A stretch of DNA of 64,000 nucleotides from contig NC_043011.1 of NCBI RefSeq assembly GCF_006345805.1, positions 17,186,464 through 17,250,463 on the forward strand, read 5' to 3'. Position 1 is the first letter of the stretch; every line of letters begins with the position of its first letter. The notes beneath the pieces are model-generated. The model saw only the letters and a program-made list of their open reading frames with translations, had not been told where the DNA came from and searched no databases. The DNA is from Octopus sinensis (taxonomy: Eukaryota). The position numbers were made by a program, and so were the translations under genes. Below are positions 1-12,654 of the stretch, in pieces.

Positions 1-202
1 GAGGAAAATTAATTGGAAGAAGTGTTGTCGAGAAAGGCTTGGCTGGAACAGATTGTATATGGTGGTGTACACAGACCTCCTTTTTTTGTTGAGATGGACA
101 AATCTTGAGTACAACAAATCACCAATCATCTCAGTCACTTGTTACCATTTCTATGAGGCTTAACATTCTGAGGATGGTATTCACTGTTTAAGGCAGTGAA
201 CT

Positions 203-619
203 GGGGAGCTGGCAGAAACGTTAGCACACCGGGTGAAATGCTTAGCGGCATTTCGTCTGCCGATACGTTCTGAGTTCAGATTCCGCCGAGGTCGACTTTA
301 CCTTTCATCCTTTCGGGGTCGATAAATTAAGTACCAGTTACGCACTGGGGTCGATATAATCGACTTAATCCATGTGTTTGTCCTTGTTTATCCTCTCTGT
401 GTTTAGCCCCTTGTGGGTGGTAAAGAAATAGGTATTTCGTCTGCCGCTATGTTCTGAGTTCAAATTCCACCGAGGTCGACTTTGCCTTTCATCCTTTCGG
501 GGTCGATTAAATAAGTACCAGTTACGCACTGGGGTCGATATAATCGACTTAATCTGTGTGTCTGTCCTTGTTTGTCTCCTCTGTGTATAGCCCCATGTGG
601 GTAGTAAAGAAATAGGTAT
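203..619 (+). mobile_element. SINE family A (Deu/Nin-type central domain), head plus 2 tandem 184-bp units
   Basis: Head GAGCTGGCAGAAACGTTAGCAC; GTCGACTTTGCCTTTCATCCTTTCGGGGTCGAT resembles the Deu/Nin SINE domain; unit restarts at 250 and 434. Confidence 0.8.
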
Positions 620-939
620 TCACTGTTTCATCCCACATTCACTACTTTTCCCCCATCAAAAGATTCCATCTATATTTAGCAATCAGCACTTCTTTTTGCA
701 GCTGTCATCACATAACCATACTAATGCAGCATCCTCTCTTTCATTCCACATCAGATTCCTCTTATACCTAATTTTTCTCTCAGCATGTTTGCACTTAGTC
801 ATTGATGCACACTGATGTTGTATATTCAGCAAAGCAATGCTGTCTCCTTTATTTCTAGACTTTGCATGCCCTCTGCATTTATGGCCCATGTTTCAAGACC
901 TGTTGAGGTAAGTGAAAATCAAAATCAAAATCGAAATCG

Positions 940-1345
940 ATCAACATCAATGGAAATTGTAGCTGTGATACAAGTGCTGGTGGCACATAAGAGAACCATC
1001 CGAACGTGGCCGTTGCCAGCGCCGCCCCGACTGGCCTCCATGCCGGTGGGATGTGAAACGCACCATCCGATTATGGCCACTGCCAGCCTCGTCTGGCCCC
1101 CGTGCCAATGGCACGTAAAAAGCACCATCCGATCGTGGCTGTTTGCCAGCCTCGTGTAGCACCTGTGCAGGTGGCACGTAAAATGCACCCACTACACTCA
1201 TGGAGTGGTTGGCGCTAGGAAGGGCATCCAGCCGTAGAAACACTGCCAGATCAGACTGGGCCTGGCGCAGCCTTCTGGCTTCCCAGACCCCAGTTGAACC
1301 GTCCAACCCATGCTAGCATGGAAAACGGATGTTAAACGATGATGT
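940..1345 (+). mobile_element. Family C non-autonomous element (RTE-like 5' motif, (GAT)n tail)
   Basis: GGTTGGCGCTAGGAAGGGCATCCAGCCGTAGAAA...GTCCAACCCATGCTAGCATGGAAAACGGATGTTAAACGATGATG; at least 12 copies in window. Confidence 0.8.
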
Positions 1346-2042
1346 AGCTTTGCTCTTTATTCACACGCATCACTCAATCACTGCAAGCCACAAGCCTTTG
1401 ATTACTAACTGATGTAATAGTTCTCTGAACTTTCTCCAACTAATTTCTATTCCAATAACCATACTTCAAGAAAATCCTCTTCCACTGCTAATGTAGTCCT
1501 TCATTGCTGATAAGTAGCAGAATCTATCATCTCTAAGAACTCACTTCAGCATTCAATAAAATCTATTTCCCTTATATTCTTTGTGTTTATTGCTCCTGCA
1601 AATCTTCCACAAACAGATGCCTTTTTCTCTCCAGAATCATTAATCTTTGTTAACCTTCTTGTGATTTCAATGCTCCTTTTATGTTTCTCTAGCTTGCACT
1701 GAGTACACCATATTGAATTTCTACCTGCACTTTCCTAAATATCAAACAAGGTGATTTTTCTAAATGGATTAACATCCTATCTCCTTTCCTACTAACTAGA
1801 ACTTTGGTCTTTTGTGTTCAAGTTAATTTGAAGCTCTTTGATTCCAGATCTTGCTTCCACACTAGGAATTTCTTCCCTAATTCTACTACAAACTCAGCTC
1901 AAAGAACAAGGTCTTCTACCTGGAGCAGTGCCCTTGGGCAACCTGCCTAAACACCACTCTAATCGCCTGAAGAACAATGATAAATAAGTGACTTAGAATT
2001 ACTAGTTGTATACTAAATTCATTGCTGTACTTGTTACTAAGT

Positions 2043-2390
2043 GAAGGCGCATGACTCAGTGATTAGAGTGTTGAGCTTACAATCGTGAGGTTGTGAGCTT
2101 GAATCCCGGACCGGGCTGTGTGTTGAGCAAAACACTTTATTTCACGTTGCTCCAGTTAACTCAGCTGTAGAAATGAGTTGCGACGTCACAGCTGCCAAGT
2201 TGTATCGGCCCCTTTGCCTTTCCCTTGGATCACACTGGTGGCGTGGAGAGGGGAGGCCAGTATGCATGGGCGACTGTTGGTCTTCCATAAACCACCTTGC
2301 CCAGATTTATGACTAGGAGGGTAACTTTCTAGGTGCAGTCCCATGGTCAGTGTCGTGACCGAAGGGGGTCCCGACCGACCGACCGATCGA
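2043..2390 (+). mobile_element. tRNA-derived SINE family D
   Basis: A/B-box-like head GGCGCATGACTCAGTGATTAGAG...GCTTGAATCCCGG; ends GACCGAAGGGGGTC; related copies at 27190 and 32695. Confidence 0.8.
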
Positions 2391-2811
2391 CCGACCGACT
2401 GACTTGTTACTAAATCTCACCTTACAGTGTAGCTTGACTGACTCTCACATGCCATTTGTTTACACCTGGCCTCCACACTAACCACCAGATCAGGGAGCAA
2501 AGGATCTTGTCAAAGGTTTCCCCCATGTCAATGAATACCAATTACAGCAGTTTACTTTGATTGTCTTACCAGAAAAGTGGTATCAGTAGTACCTCTTCTT
2601 TGTGCAAAAGCAAGCTGCATCCCTCCTAGGCTAACTCTCATCCTAATGAGTTGAGCTATAACTCTTCTGTAATGTTTATGACTTGGAGAGCAGGAATTTG
2701 ATACCTCTGAAACTACTTATCTCTAAGACATTACCCTTATTCTTGTAACAGTTGACTATGATGCTACTACACAAGTTGTAGGGCATGACACTTTTTGTAC
2801 AACCAGTTTAA

Positions 2812-3019
2812 CCTTTTCGTTACTGTATTTATTTTGAGATGCTTTGTGTTTCTTTCGATTCCTTTAAATATAATCGAGAAATTTGTAAAATAACTTAGTT
2901 ATCATTCAGCTAGTGTTAGGACCAAATTGTGACTAAGGTTTGGTGGTAGATTTTAATTCAAAACTTATAAAAACATGACATTTGTACTCAGAGCCAGAGC
3001 CGGGTTGGTAAAGAAAGGG
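2812..3019. mobile_element. piggyBac-like MITE
   Basis: TTAA on both sides; imperfect TIR CCTTTTCGTTAC / GTAAAGAAAGGG. Confidence 0.6.
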
Positions 3020-3654
3020 TTAATTATACAAGTGAGTAGGCTATCTATTTTAAGCATCTCAGCAGTAAATCTAGATGAACCAGAGAATTTCCCATCCTCA
3101 TCATTAACGGCTTAATTGATCATATTGCTGTCAACTAGAATGGCCGTCCTCTCTGTCAGGTTTACATTAGGAAAACTCTCTTTCTCTCATGCATTCTCCA
3201 CATTTAGTAGCTTTTTATATCAGTCTCTTCAAAATCATTAAATGCAAGTGCCCATGATCTAGCCATACACACTTCTCTCTCAAAAAAGCTTGATTTTTCT
3301 TCGATATGCTGTCTTGAAATTCAGACAACTTACGCCTCTGTTTCTTGTGCTGTCAAACATTGGCAAATCTCTTCCTTTCTGCCTCCCTGCTTGCTAAATA
3401 TACCTGTCACCCTGCTTCTCTTCTACCTCTCTGATAATATCCTCTATTACCCTGCTTTCTACAAACCTTTCTAACCCCTCTCTTTGCTTTTATGGTTTAC
3501 CTCCTTTGCACTTTCTGTTGGTCTAACTGGAATATTGCACCAACCGCAGATATGTTCTGCAGTTTTCAGTAGGTTGTTCCATAGAAATTTAGTTGTTCTC
3601 TGTAGTATGTGTTAGTAACTCCACTTGTCAAGTGCTTCAATTGGAACTTTCTTA

Positions 3655-4245
3655 TGTGTATACACACACACACACACATGTATATAGGGTATGGTGATCA
3701 TGTCTGTGTATACTCACACACACACACACACATGTATATAGGGTATGGTGGTCATGTCTATGTAAACATACACACACACACACACACATGTATACAGGGT
3801 ATGGTGATAATGTCTGTGTATACACACACACATGTATATAGGGTATGGTGGTCATGCCTGTGTACACACACACACACACACACATATGTATATAGAGTAT
3901 GGTGGTCATGTCTGTGTATACACACAGACACACATACACACACACGTGTATATAGGGTATGGTGGTCATGTCCATGTAAAAACACACAGACACACACACA
4001 CACACACACACATGTATAGAGGGTATGGTGATCATGTCTGTGTATACACACAGACACACATACACACATGTATATAGGGTATGGTGGTCATGTCTATGTA
4101 AACACACACACACACACATGTATATAGGGTATGGTGGTCATGTCTGTACACACACACACACATGTATATAGTCTATGGTGGACATGTCTGTGTATATAAA
4201 AATACACACAAATGCATGTATTTAGGGTATGGTGGTCATGTCTGG
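3655..4245. repeat. Minisatellite, 11 units of ~45-65 bp with variable (CA)n
   Basis: Core CATGTATATAGGGTATGGTGGTCATGTCTGTGTA seen 11 times, separated by CA runs. Confidence 0.9.
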
Positions 4246-4664
4246 AATGCCTTAGATCAAATTTTTGCTCAATCAGGATTGACCCAAAGCTAAACAACAG
4301 CAACAGTTCTGATTTGTTAAGAAATGACAGTCACATCATACCAAAATTACAAATTACCTTTTTGAAGAAGGGCATATTGTTTTTAAAAAATATACATGGA
4401 ATGATTATTGGTGGAACACATTTGATCATAGGGTTGTTTCCACACAGCTGACCTGGGATTAAAACAATCACAATGACTCATTTCCTATATCTAACCATTG
4501 TGCTCTTAAAATGTTTGTATTCCTGTGCATTTGCCTGAAACAATGAATTTCATTTTCTTTCAATGAATATTTATTGAGTAGTTTTTAAAATTTTTCTGGA
4601 ATATTCACTTCCTAATTTGCATTTCTATCATCTGCTCTTTTAGGTGTATTCTTTTCATTCTCAC

Positions 4665-4666
4665 AT

Positions 4667-4725
<59 letters not shown>

Positions 4726-4938
4726 CACATGCACATGCACACACATGTGCATACAAATCAATGATATACATATTTACACATACACACATATACATACATA
4801 CAAACATATATATATATATATACATATATATACATATTTATATATATATATAATATATATATAAATATATATAAATATATATAAATATATATATATATAT
4901 AATATATATAAATATAAATAAATATATATAATATATAA

Positions 4939-4971
<33 letters not shown>

Positions 4972-4995
4972 AATATATATAAATATATATATATA

Positions 4996-5048
<53 letters not shown>

Positions 5049-5210
5049 ATATATATATATATACACATGCACATGCACACATAATTATGTGTATATATAC
5101 ATGCATACACACACAGTGGTACATACAAAAGTCCTATATATTCATACATATACACGCATACTCACATACACATAGAGATATACACATATATGCACATGCA
5201 CACATATGCA
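4665..5210. repeat. Compound (CA)n/(TA)n microsatellite
   Basis: Direct reading. Confidence 0.95.
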
Positions 5211-5334
5211 CATGTATGTATTGCTTTGATGCCTTGTTTCAGTAATTTTACCAAATATATTGTTAGCCATGTTCCTGTTTGTATAAAACTAGTGACTATA
5301 ATCATACATAGAATGTGTCAGCTAAAAGGGTGCA

Positions 5335-5580
5335 TTGTGGAGGTGCATGGCTTAATGGTTAGGGTGTCATCATCATGATTGTAAGATTCTGGTTTCAATT
5401 CCTGGACCGGGCATTACGTTGTGTTCTTGAGCAAAACACTTCATTTCGCATTGCTCCAGTCCACTCAGCTGGCAAAAATGAGTAGCGCTGCAAAGTACTG
5501 GCGTCCCATCCAGCTAAGGAACACATGCGCCATAGAAACCAGGCCCATGAGCCTGATTAGGCTTTAAAAGGGCACATTTA
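5335..5580 (+). mobile_element. tRNA-derived SINE (family D-like head, different tail)
   Basis: GGAGGTGCATGGCTTAATGGTTAGGG...GTGTTCTTGAGCAAAACAC...GGCGTCCCATCCAG. Confidence 0.65.
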
Positions 5581-5759
5581 TTTATATTATTATTAAATGG
5601 GTGCATAAAGAGCTACATGTTTAAGAAGTTTATTTTGCAACCACATGGTTTGGGGTTTCAATTCTACTGTATGACTTCTTGAGCAAATATTTTTTCCCAT
5701 AGACTTGAGTTGAGTATTAGCAAACCTTATCATCCATATAATGCATTGTATTCAATAAA

Positions 5760-6190
5760 TGACTGCAGAACTGGCTGTATCTTTTTTTTTTACTCTTTTT
5801 ACTTGTTTCAGTCATTTGAGTGTGGCTGTGCTGGAGCACCGCCTTTCGTCGAACAAATTGACCCCAGGATTTATTCTTTGTCAGCCTAGTACTTATTCTA
5901 TTGGTCTCTTTTGCCAAACCACTAAGTTACGGACACGTAAACGCATCAACATCGGTTGTCAAGTGATGTTGGTGGGGGGGCAAACACAGACACAGAAACA
6001 AACACACACACGCATATATATATACATATATGTGACGGGCTTCTTTCAGTTTCCGTCAACCAAATCCACACAAAGCTTTGGTTGGCCCGAGACTATAGTA
6101 GAAGACACTTGCCCAAGGTGCCATGCAGTGGGACTGAACCCAGAACCATGTGGTTGGTAAGCAAGCTACTTACTACACAGCCACTCCTAT
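5760..6190 (-). mobile_element. SINE family B (internal TA/TG microsatellite)
   Basis: Reverse complement of AGGAGTGGCTGTGTGGTAAGTAGCTTGC...GGCACCTTGGGCAAGTGTCTTCTAC...GACTGAAACAAGTAAAAGAGT. Confidence 0.85.
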
Positions 6191-6465
6191 GCCTTGCAGG
6201 TACTTGATTTTGAGTTCAGTTCAAATGCATGGCACTTAAATGTATATGTGAATATCTTTTGATAATGTATGTCAGTAAGGGGACTTCATCAGCCTGAATA
6301 CCCCTAAAACAGTGTTTCACTAAAAGCCACTAAGTTACTAACATTCCCTGTCACTCACACCATTAGAAACACAATGAAGTTGTAACGAAAAGATGTTATT
6401 GTAAATTTAGTTATAAATTCAATAAAATGATGGAGTTTGTGTTTTATCAACAACTGCAAACTTAG

Positions 6466-6752
6466 TATAGTGGTTGTATACTGTCAACTCAATGTGAGAG
6501 TTCCGTAAAGGGAATCACACCACCGCTATTTGGCCCCAGGAAGCATTGACGCTTTCTATCAGCTTTGACACATTTCCTGTGTCCATGCTAATCCTAGCTG
6601 GCGGGGGTGCTTGCCTCCCCTTTACAAATATAAGGACACGGGAAATATGTCAAAGCCGACAGGAAGCGTCGATGCTTCCGAGGGCTAAATAGCGATGGTG
6701 TGATTCCCTTTACGGGACTGTCACGTTGAGTTGACAGTATGCAGCCACTATA
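6466..6752. mobile_element. Fold-back (palindromic) MITE
   Basis: Arms 6466-6584 and 6634-6752 are imperfect reverse complements (TATAGTGG...CCACTATA); 49-nt spacer. Confidence 0.85.
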
Positions 6753-7026
6753 TCGCCCCACCACTGTTCATGTCTCTTTGAGACATTTAGAAATTCAATA
6801 TTTCTAATTTTGCAAACTTAGTGTTTTATTAAAATCCAAACATTAGGTAATCGGAGTTGTTTTATTGGCAAATATTTGGAGTAAGTATAAGCTATTAATT
6901 AAATTTCTCTTCTAAAAGATATTGTCTTAATTGTATATGGAGACTGTCAGAATGGTATGGTCTCCTCTGATGGGAACCTGATAAGGTGCAAAAATCGATT
7001 AAAGTTGTTCATCAATATCGTCATAA

Positions 7027-7629
7027 AGGTGGCGAGCTGCAGAATTGTTAGCACGCCAGGCAAGATGCTTAGCGATATTTCGTTTACTGTTACGTTCTGA
7101 GTTCAAATTCCGCCGAGGTCGACTTTGCCTTTCATCCTTTCGGGGTTGATAAATTAAGTACCAGTTATGTATTGGGGTCGATGTAATCGACTTAATCCAT
7201 TTGTCTGTCCTTGTTTGTCCTCTCTGTGTTTAGCCCTTTGTAGGTAGTAAAGAAATAGGTATTTCGTCTGCCGCTACGTTCTGAGTTCAAATTCCACCGA
7301 GGTCGACTTTGCCTTTCATCCTTTTGAGGTCGATTAAATAAGTACCAGTTATGCACTGGGGTCGATATAATCGACTTAATCCGTTTGTGTGTCCTTGTTT
7401 GTGCTCCCTGTGTTTAGCCCCTTGTAGGTAGTAAAGAAATAGGTATTTCGTCTGCCGCTACGTTCTGAGTTCAAATTCTGCCGATATCGACTTTGCCTTT
7501 CATCCTTTCGGGGGTCGATTAAATAAGTACCAATTACGCACTGGGGTCGATATAATCGACTTAATCCGTTTGTCTGTCCTTGTTTGTCCTCTCCGTGTTT
7601 AGCCCCTTGTGGGTAGTAAAGAAATAGAT
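7027..7629 (+). mobile_element. SINE family A with 3 tandem 184-bp units
   Basis: Unit starts at 7077, 7261, 7445. Confidence 0.85.
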
Positions 7630-8844
7630 ATTGTTTTAACTGTATGTCATTTGGATCATACAAAACTTACAACCTTTTATACTGTATATATAAGGCTACA
7701 TGTGTTTGTAAGAAATTGAATAAATAACTTGCTGTCTAGTCGTTACACACTCAGATTTGTAGGGGAATGATTTGCCAAGAATATTAAGGAATTCAAATCT
7801 ACATTTTATATACGAGCAACATAAAAATGTTTTATTGAGAATTTTACTTGTCAGAAACTTTAAACTCTGTCATTACCGAGAAAGAGCACGTTTAGCTGAA
7901 GCGACCGTATAAAGAGGAAATTGGCATAACTAGTTATGATACATCTAACTATATCACAGCAATAATATTGACACAAGTAGAGGTCAGGTTCCACTCGTAA
8001 AACTATCAAGTTTAATGTTACAAGGGTAATATAGTTCTTGATCCAATGTACAGAATACTTCTTCGCTACTGCATCGAGCTGGATTTTATCCAGAAGCATT
8101 ATTTCAATCAATAGATCAATGATATACCAGAATCCTTTTAATGGAACCTATAAGAAAAGCAAACATTTCAATGTGTTGCATGCTTGTTTATGTCTGCTGT
8201 AAGAGAAATTCTCTGACTTTTAGACAATTTCCAATTTTCCATTGATGTTTCTTCGTAATTTTGGTTTTAGAGAAAGAAATTATTCTTTTATTTCTTGTGT
8301 ACACTGATAGTTCAGAGAAATATTTTGAGGATAATTCCCCAGAAACTATAATTTCTTTAAATATATTTATTTCTATATTTGCGACTGTTTGGAAAAGTTC
8401 CTACAATTCCAAGTAGGCTTTTATGGTTAAGATGATTCTTATGATTCAGTGTGTTTATGAAATAGTTTACTTACGTATATGATTATGTGCATGCATGTGT
8501 GTGTGTATTCGGGTATGCATTATTTAAAATTCAGAGATTGCATATTCTCTAGATGCTCATGTCTCTATGTCCAGAATAAATTTGCATGCAGAAGAGGTTT
8601 TGCATGCATCTCTGTAACACATGCTTGAAGAATATTTAATAGGTTGTGACTCTGAGAAGCAAAAAGGTTTGAAGTCATAAAAACCTTGCTCAAAATTGAT
8701 ATACAAGCTTTCCCTGATGTGCTGTGTGAAACTATGTGCCAGATGGAAAAGAATCACAGGATCACAAGTAGTGTGAAGTGACGAGAATTTTCCAAATCCA
8801 CGGCAGGTTCCAAAATTAACATAACATTTTTATTCCAAAACTGA

Positions 8845-9240
8845 CATAGGCATAGGAGTGGCTGTGTGGTAAATAGCTCGCTTACCAACCACATGGTTCC
8901 GGGTTCAGTCCCACTGCATGGCACCTTGTGCAAGTGTCTTCTACTATAGCTTTGGGCTGACCAAAGCCTTGTGAGTGGATTTGGTAGACGGAAACTGAAA
9001 GAAGCCCGTCGTATATATGTATATATATATATGTATGTGTGTGTATATATTTGTGTGTCTGTGTTAGTCCCCCAAACATCGTTTGACAACCGATGCTGGT
9101 GTGTTTACATCCCCGTTTGGCAAAAGAGACTGATAGAATAAGTACTAGGTTTACAAAGAATATGTCCTGGTGTCGGTTTGCTCAACAACTGGCAGTGCTC
9201 CAGCATGGCCACAGAAAAATGACTGAAACAAGTGAAAGAG
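8845..9240 (+). mobile_element. SINE family B
   Basis: Match to the other family B copies, with an internal deletion. Confidence 0.8.
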
Positions 9241-9263
9241 TAATAATGTTATGATAATAATGA

Positions 9264-9470
9264 GCTGGCAGAATTGTAAGCATGCTGGGCCATAAGCTTA
9301 GCAGCATTTTGTCCTTTCCTACATTCTGAGTTCAAATTCTGCTGAGGGTTGACTTTTACCTTTTATCTTTTCAGGGTCGATAAAATAAGCACCAGTTGAG
9401 CACTGGTGCTGATGTAATCGACTTACCCCTCCCCCAAAGTTGTTGGCTTTGTGCCAATATTTGAAACCAA
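9264..9470 (+). mobile_element. SINE family A variant (single unit, alternative tail)
   Basis: GAGCTGGCAGAATTG head, Deu-like core, tail GTTGGCTTTGTGCCAATATTTGAAACC. Confidence 0.7.
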
Positions 9471-9942
9471 TATGATACATAAATACACACATAGGATACA
9501 TATACATGCAGAATACAACTGAGAGAATTAAATAACCACTTATGTATCATACATAATGTATATATATTGTAGATAGGACAAGTTTTGTGGTACAACAGTT
9601 ATTAAAATAAAAGTATTCAGAACACAGAATGACATGTAACAAAAACAATTTGCAAACATATTTACATTCCCATATAACAGTTAAGAACATCACCATTATT
9701 GTATTGCGCATGCAATGTGTTTGTTCGACTAGGAGCTACTGGCTTAATTACATATGACTTAAGTTAGAGAAGGGGTGCATATTATACACAAGGTTTAGGT
9801 TTTTCAGAGGTACAGCCTCCTAAAAATCCCCTGTGTGTTATACTCAAGGGTGGACTATACTCGAGGATTTACAGTATATACACTCACACACAATCTCTCA
9901 CACGTGCACACACACACACACATACATATACATGCAGGTATA

Positions 9943-10463
9943 CAGAGGAACCTCAGCTTATGAATGCTTTTCATAATGAACAAATCAGTTTACAAAGAAC
10001 TTTTCAAACATTAAACGTCTTGGGTGACAAATAGTGTCTTGAGTAATACTGAAGCCTGCAATTCTGGTTGGTGCCAAGCAGGAGGGTGTCAGTTGCCGTC
10101 TAATTTTCCCTCTATGTACATCCTTGGCTGAAGTCTCCATACCTCCTCTTCAATTTCCAATGGGAAAATAGTTTTGGTTTATGAACATACTGGGTGATGA
10201 ACATCATGACCTTTAAGTTCACCATCATCAATCACTGCAGAGAAAGTTCACCATCATCTGTTCACCATTTTTTTTTTTCAATGAAATAGTTTTTAAATAT
10301 TAATGGTAAGATACTATGGATATATTTTCTCAGTAAACTTTCCTTGTGGTGAATTTTCCTCTCAGTGAACTTTCTTCAACAGTGAACTGATGGTGGTGAA
10401 CTTACCGGTAATTGACGAACAGCCTTCAGAATCAAATTAAATTTGTAAACAAAGGTTCCACTA
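9943..10463. mobile_element. Tigger/pogo-like MITE with nested inverted-repeat insert
   Basis: TA|CAGAGGAACCTC ... AAGGTTCCACTA|TA termini; inner 16-bp TIR pair 10215-10230 and 10388-10403. Confidence 0.6.
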
Positions 10464-10489
10464 TATGTAATAAATATTCACAGGGTTAT

Positions 10490-10998
10490 GAAGGCGCAAT
10501 GGCCCAGGGTTAAAGCAGTGGACTTGCGGTCGTAGTATTGCAGTTTCGATTCCCAGACTGAGCATTGTGAGTGTTTATTGAGCAAAAACACCTAAAGCAC
10601 CACGAGGCTCCGGTAGGGGTTGGTAGTGAACCCTGCTGTACTCTTTCAACACAACTTTCTCTCACTCTTACCTCCTGTTTCTGTTGCACCTGTATTTCAA
10701 TGGGCCAGCCATGTCACACTCTGTGTCATGCTGAATCTCCTCGAGAACTACATTAAGGGTACACGTGTCTGTGGAGTGCTCAGCCACTTGCACGTTAATA
10801 AATGAGCTGCGACGTCACTGGTGCCAAGCTGTATCGGCCCCTTTAACTTTCCCTTGGATACCATCAGTGGCATGAAGAGGGGAGGCTGGTATGTATGGGC
10901 GACTGCTGGTCTTCCATAAACAACCTTGCCCAGACTTGTACCTCGGAGGGTAACTTTCTAGGTGCAATCCCATGGTCATTCAAGACCGAAGGGGGTCA
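10490..10998 (+). mobile_element. Chimeric SINE: family E-like 5' part joined to family D 3' part
   Basis: E-type ACAACTTTCTCTCACTCTT segment followed by D-type AAATGAGCTGCGACGTCACTGGTGCC...GACCGAAGGGGGTC. Confidence 0.65.
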
Positions 10999-11379
10999 CA
11001 AAAACAATTCACAGGGTTAGTAATAAAACTAGCAAATACAAGAATCTGAGTATAATACAGATACTGAGAATAAGTATTTTGTTGTTAATGTTTCGTGAAA
11101 AACTGCAACGCATCTTGCTCTCATGAACTTATCATACATACAACTGTTTAAATTGAATCAGGGAGACATACTGTGAATGACTATGGAACAATGCAGACTC
11201 CATTAAGGGTTTCTACGTTCTATTTTAAGAGATTTTCTCTTCCAAAGATTTCGTATTGACACAGTTTTATTTAGAAATTTATGTATACATGTAGGCAGGA
11301 ATAAAAAGAGAGAAAAACCAAAAGACATATGTAAGAGACAAAGTAACTGTAAATGTAGGGAAATACATATGTGCATAAG

Positions 11380-11381
11380 TA

Positions 11382-11455
<74 letters not shown>

Positions 11456-11460
11456 CCTTC

Positions 11461-11492
<32 letters not shown>

Positions 11493-11597
11493 ATATATAT
11501 TTATCTATCTATCTACTTATCTCACTCTCTCTCTCCATATATATATATACATATATAGATAGATAGATGTACATAAGTATTTATGTATATCCACATG

Positions 11598-11643
<46 letters not shown>

Positions 11644-11660
11644 CTTGTGCATGTGTGAGC
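11380..11660. repeat. (CTAT)n/(TA)n/(TG)n microsatellite
   Basis: Direct reading. Confidence 0.95.
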
Positions 11661-12059
11661 ATGTGTGTGTGTATTTATATGCGTAGAAAAAGAGATAATA
11701 ATCAGAAAATACTGAAAATGTAAACAAGAGAGTGCATAATAGAGTGAGAAAAGTATGAGATCTACAGGTAAAAATTTAAAATGCAGAATACCTATATATT
11801 GCAAAGGTGAAAAATACATCTTTAAAGAAAAAACAAAAAAAAACCTTAGAAAACAATAATAATGATTTCAAGAGACAATTTATTTCCAAAAAATTATCTG
11901 ATAGTCTGCTAGTAAATAAATGGATGAGATTTCAGGAATGACATTAAAACCTTATAAGTAATGAATTGATATATGCCTGCATATATATCTATATGTGTGT
12001 GCATGTGTATGTGTGTGTGTTTGTGTGTATATGTGTATCCTTAATCTTTAACTTTAACT

Positions 12060-12430
12060 CATCTCAGTCATTAGACTGTGGCCATGTGGCCATGTTAGAG
12101 CACCGCCTTCAATGATTTTAGTGGAACAAATCGCCCCTAAGACTTATTATTTTTTTTTTTTAGTCTAGTTCTTTTTCTGTTAGTATCTTTTGCCAAATTG
12201 CTATGGTATGGGGATGTAAACACACCAACACCAGTTGTCAAGTACTGATAAAGGAGGAGACAAACACAAAGACACACGCACATATGCATATATATATATA
12301 TATATATACACAACAGGCTTCTTTCAATTTCTGTCTACCAAACCCACTCACAAAGTTTTGGTTGGCCCAAGGCTATAGTAAAAGATACTTGCCCTAGGTG
12401 CCATGCAGTGGGACTGAACCTGGGACATTG
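12060..12430 (-). mobile_element. SINE family B
   Basis: Diverged reverse-strand copy. Confidence 0.75.
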
Positions 12431-12476
12431 TAGTTGGGAAGCAAATGCATGTGTTTGTGTGTGCATATATATATAT

Positions 12477-12573
<97 letters not shown>

Positions 12574-12654
12574 TATATATATAATATATATGCACATATA
12601 TATTAAAGAAGCCTGTTGTGTGTATATATATATATATATGTATTCATATATATT

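Larger units (their letters stand above)
620..3600 (-). mobile_element. Decayed RTE-clade LINE fragments interrupted by SINEs and a MITE
   Basis: Broken minus-strand translations ETWAINAEGMQSLE..LREKLGIRGI (~620-910), KTKVLVSR (~1800) and SSIIVNCYKNKG (~2740) are typical RTE RT segments; many stops. Confidence 0.65.

Noticed and set aside
2043-2120. tRNA gene-like sequences at SINE heads (also 15690-15760, 60558-60630)
   Set aside because: A/B boxes are present but run directly into SINE bodies with no intact cloverleaf.
4644-5155. Many ORF-track entries rich in YI/HT/CV (also ~12400, 27500, 41100, 43150)
   Set aside because: They are translations of (TA)n, (CA)n and (TATG)n, which lack stops in some frames; not genes.
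7856-8146. Terminal coding exon on either strand
   Set aside because: Short open frames on both strands, no recognisable protein, cannot be linked to other exons.
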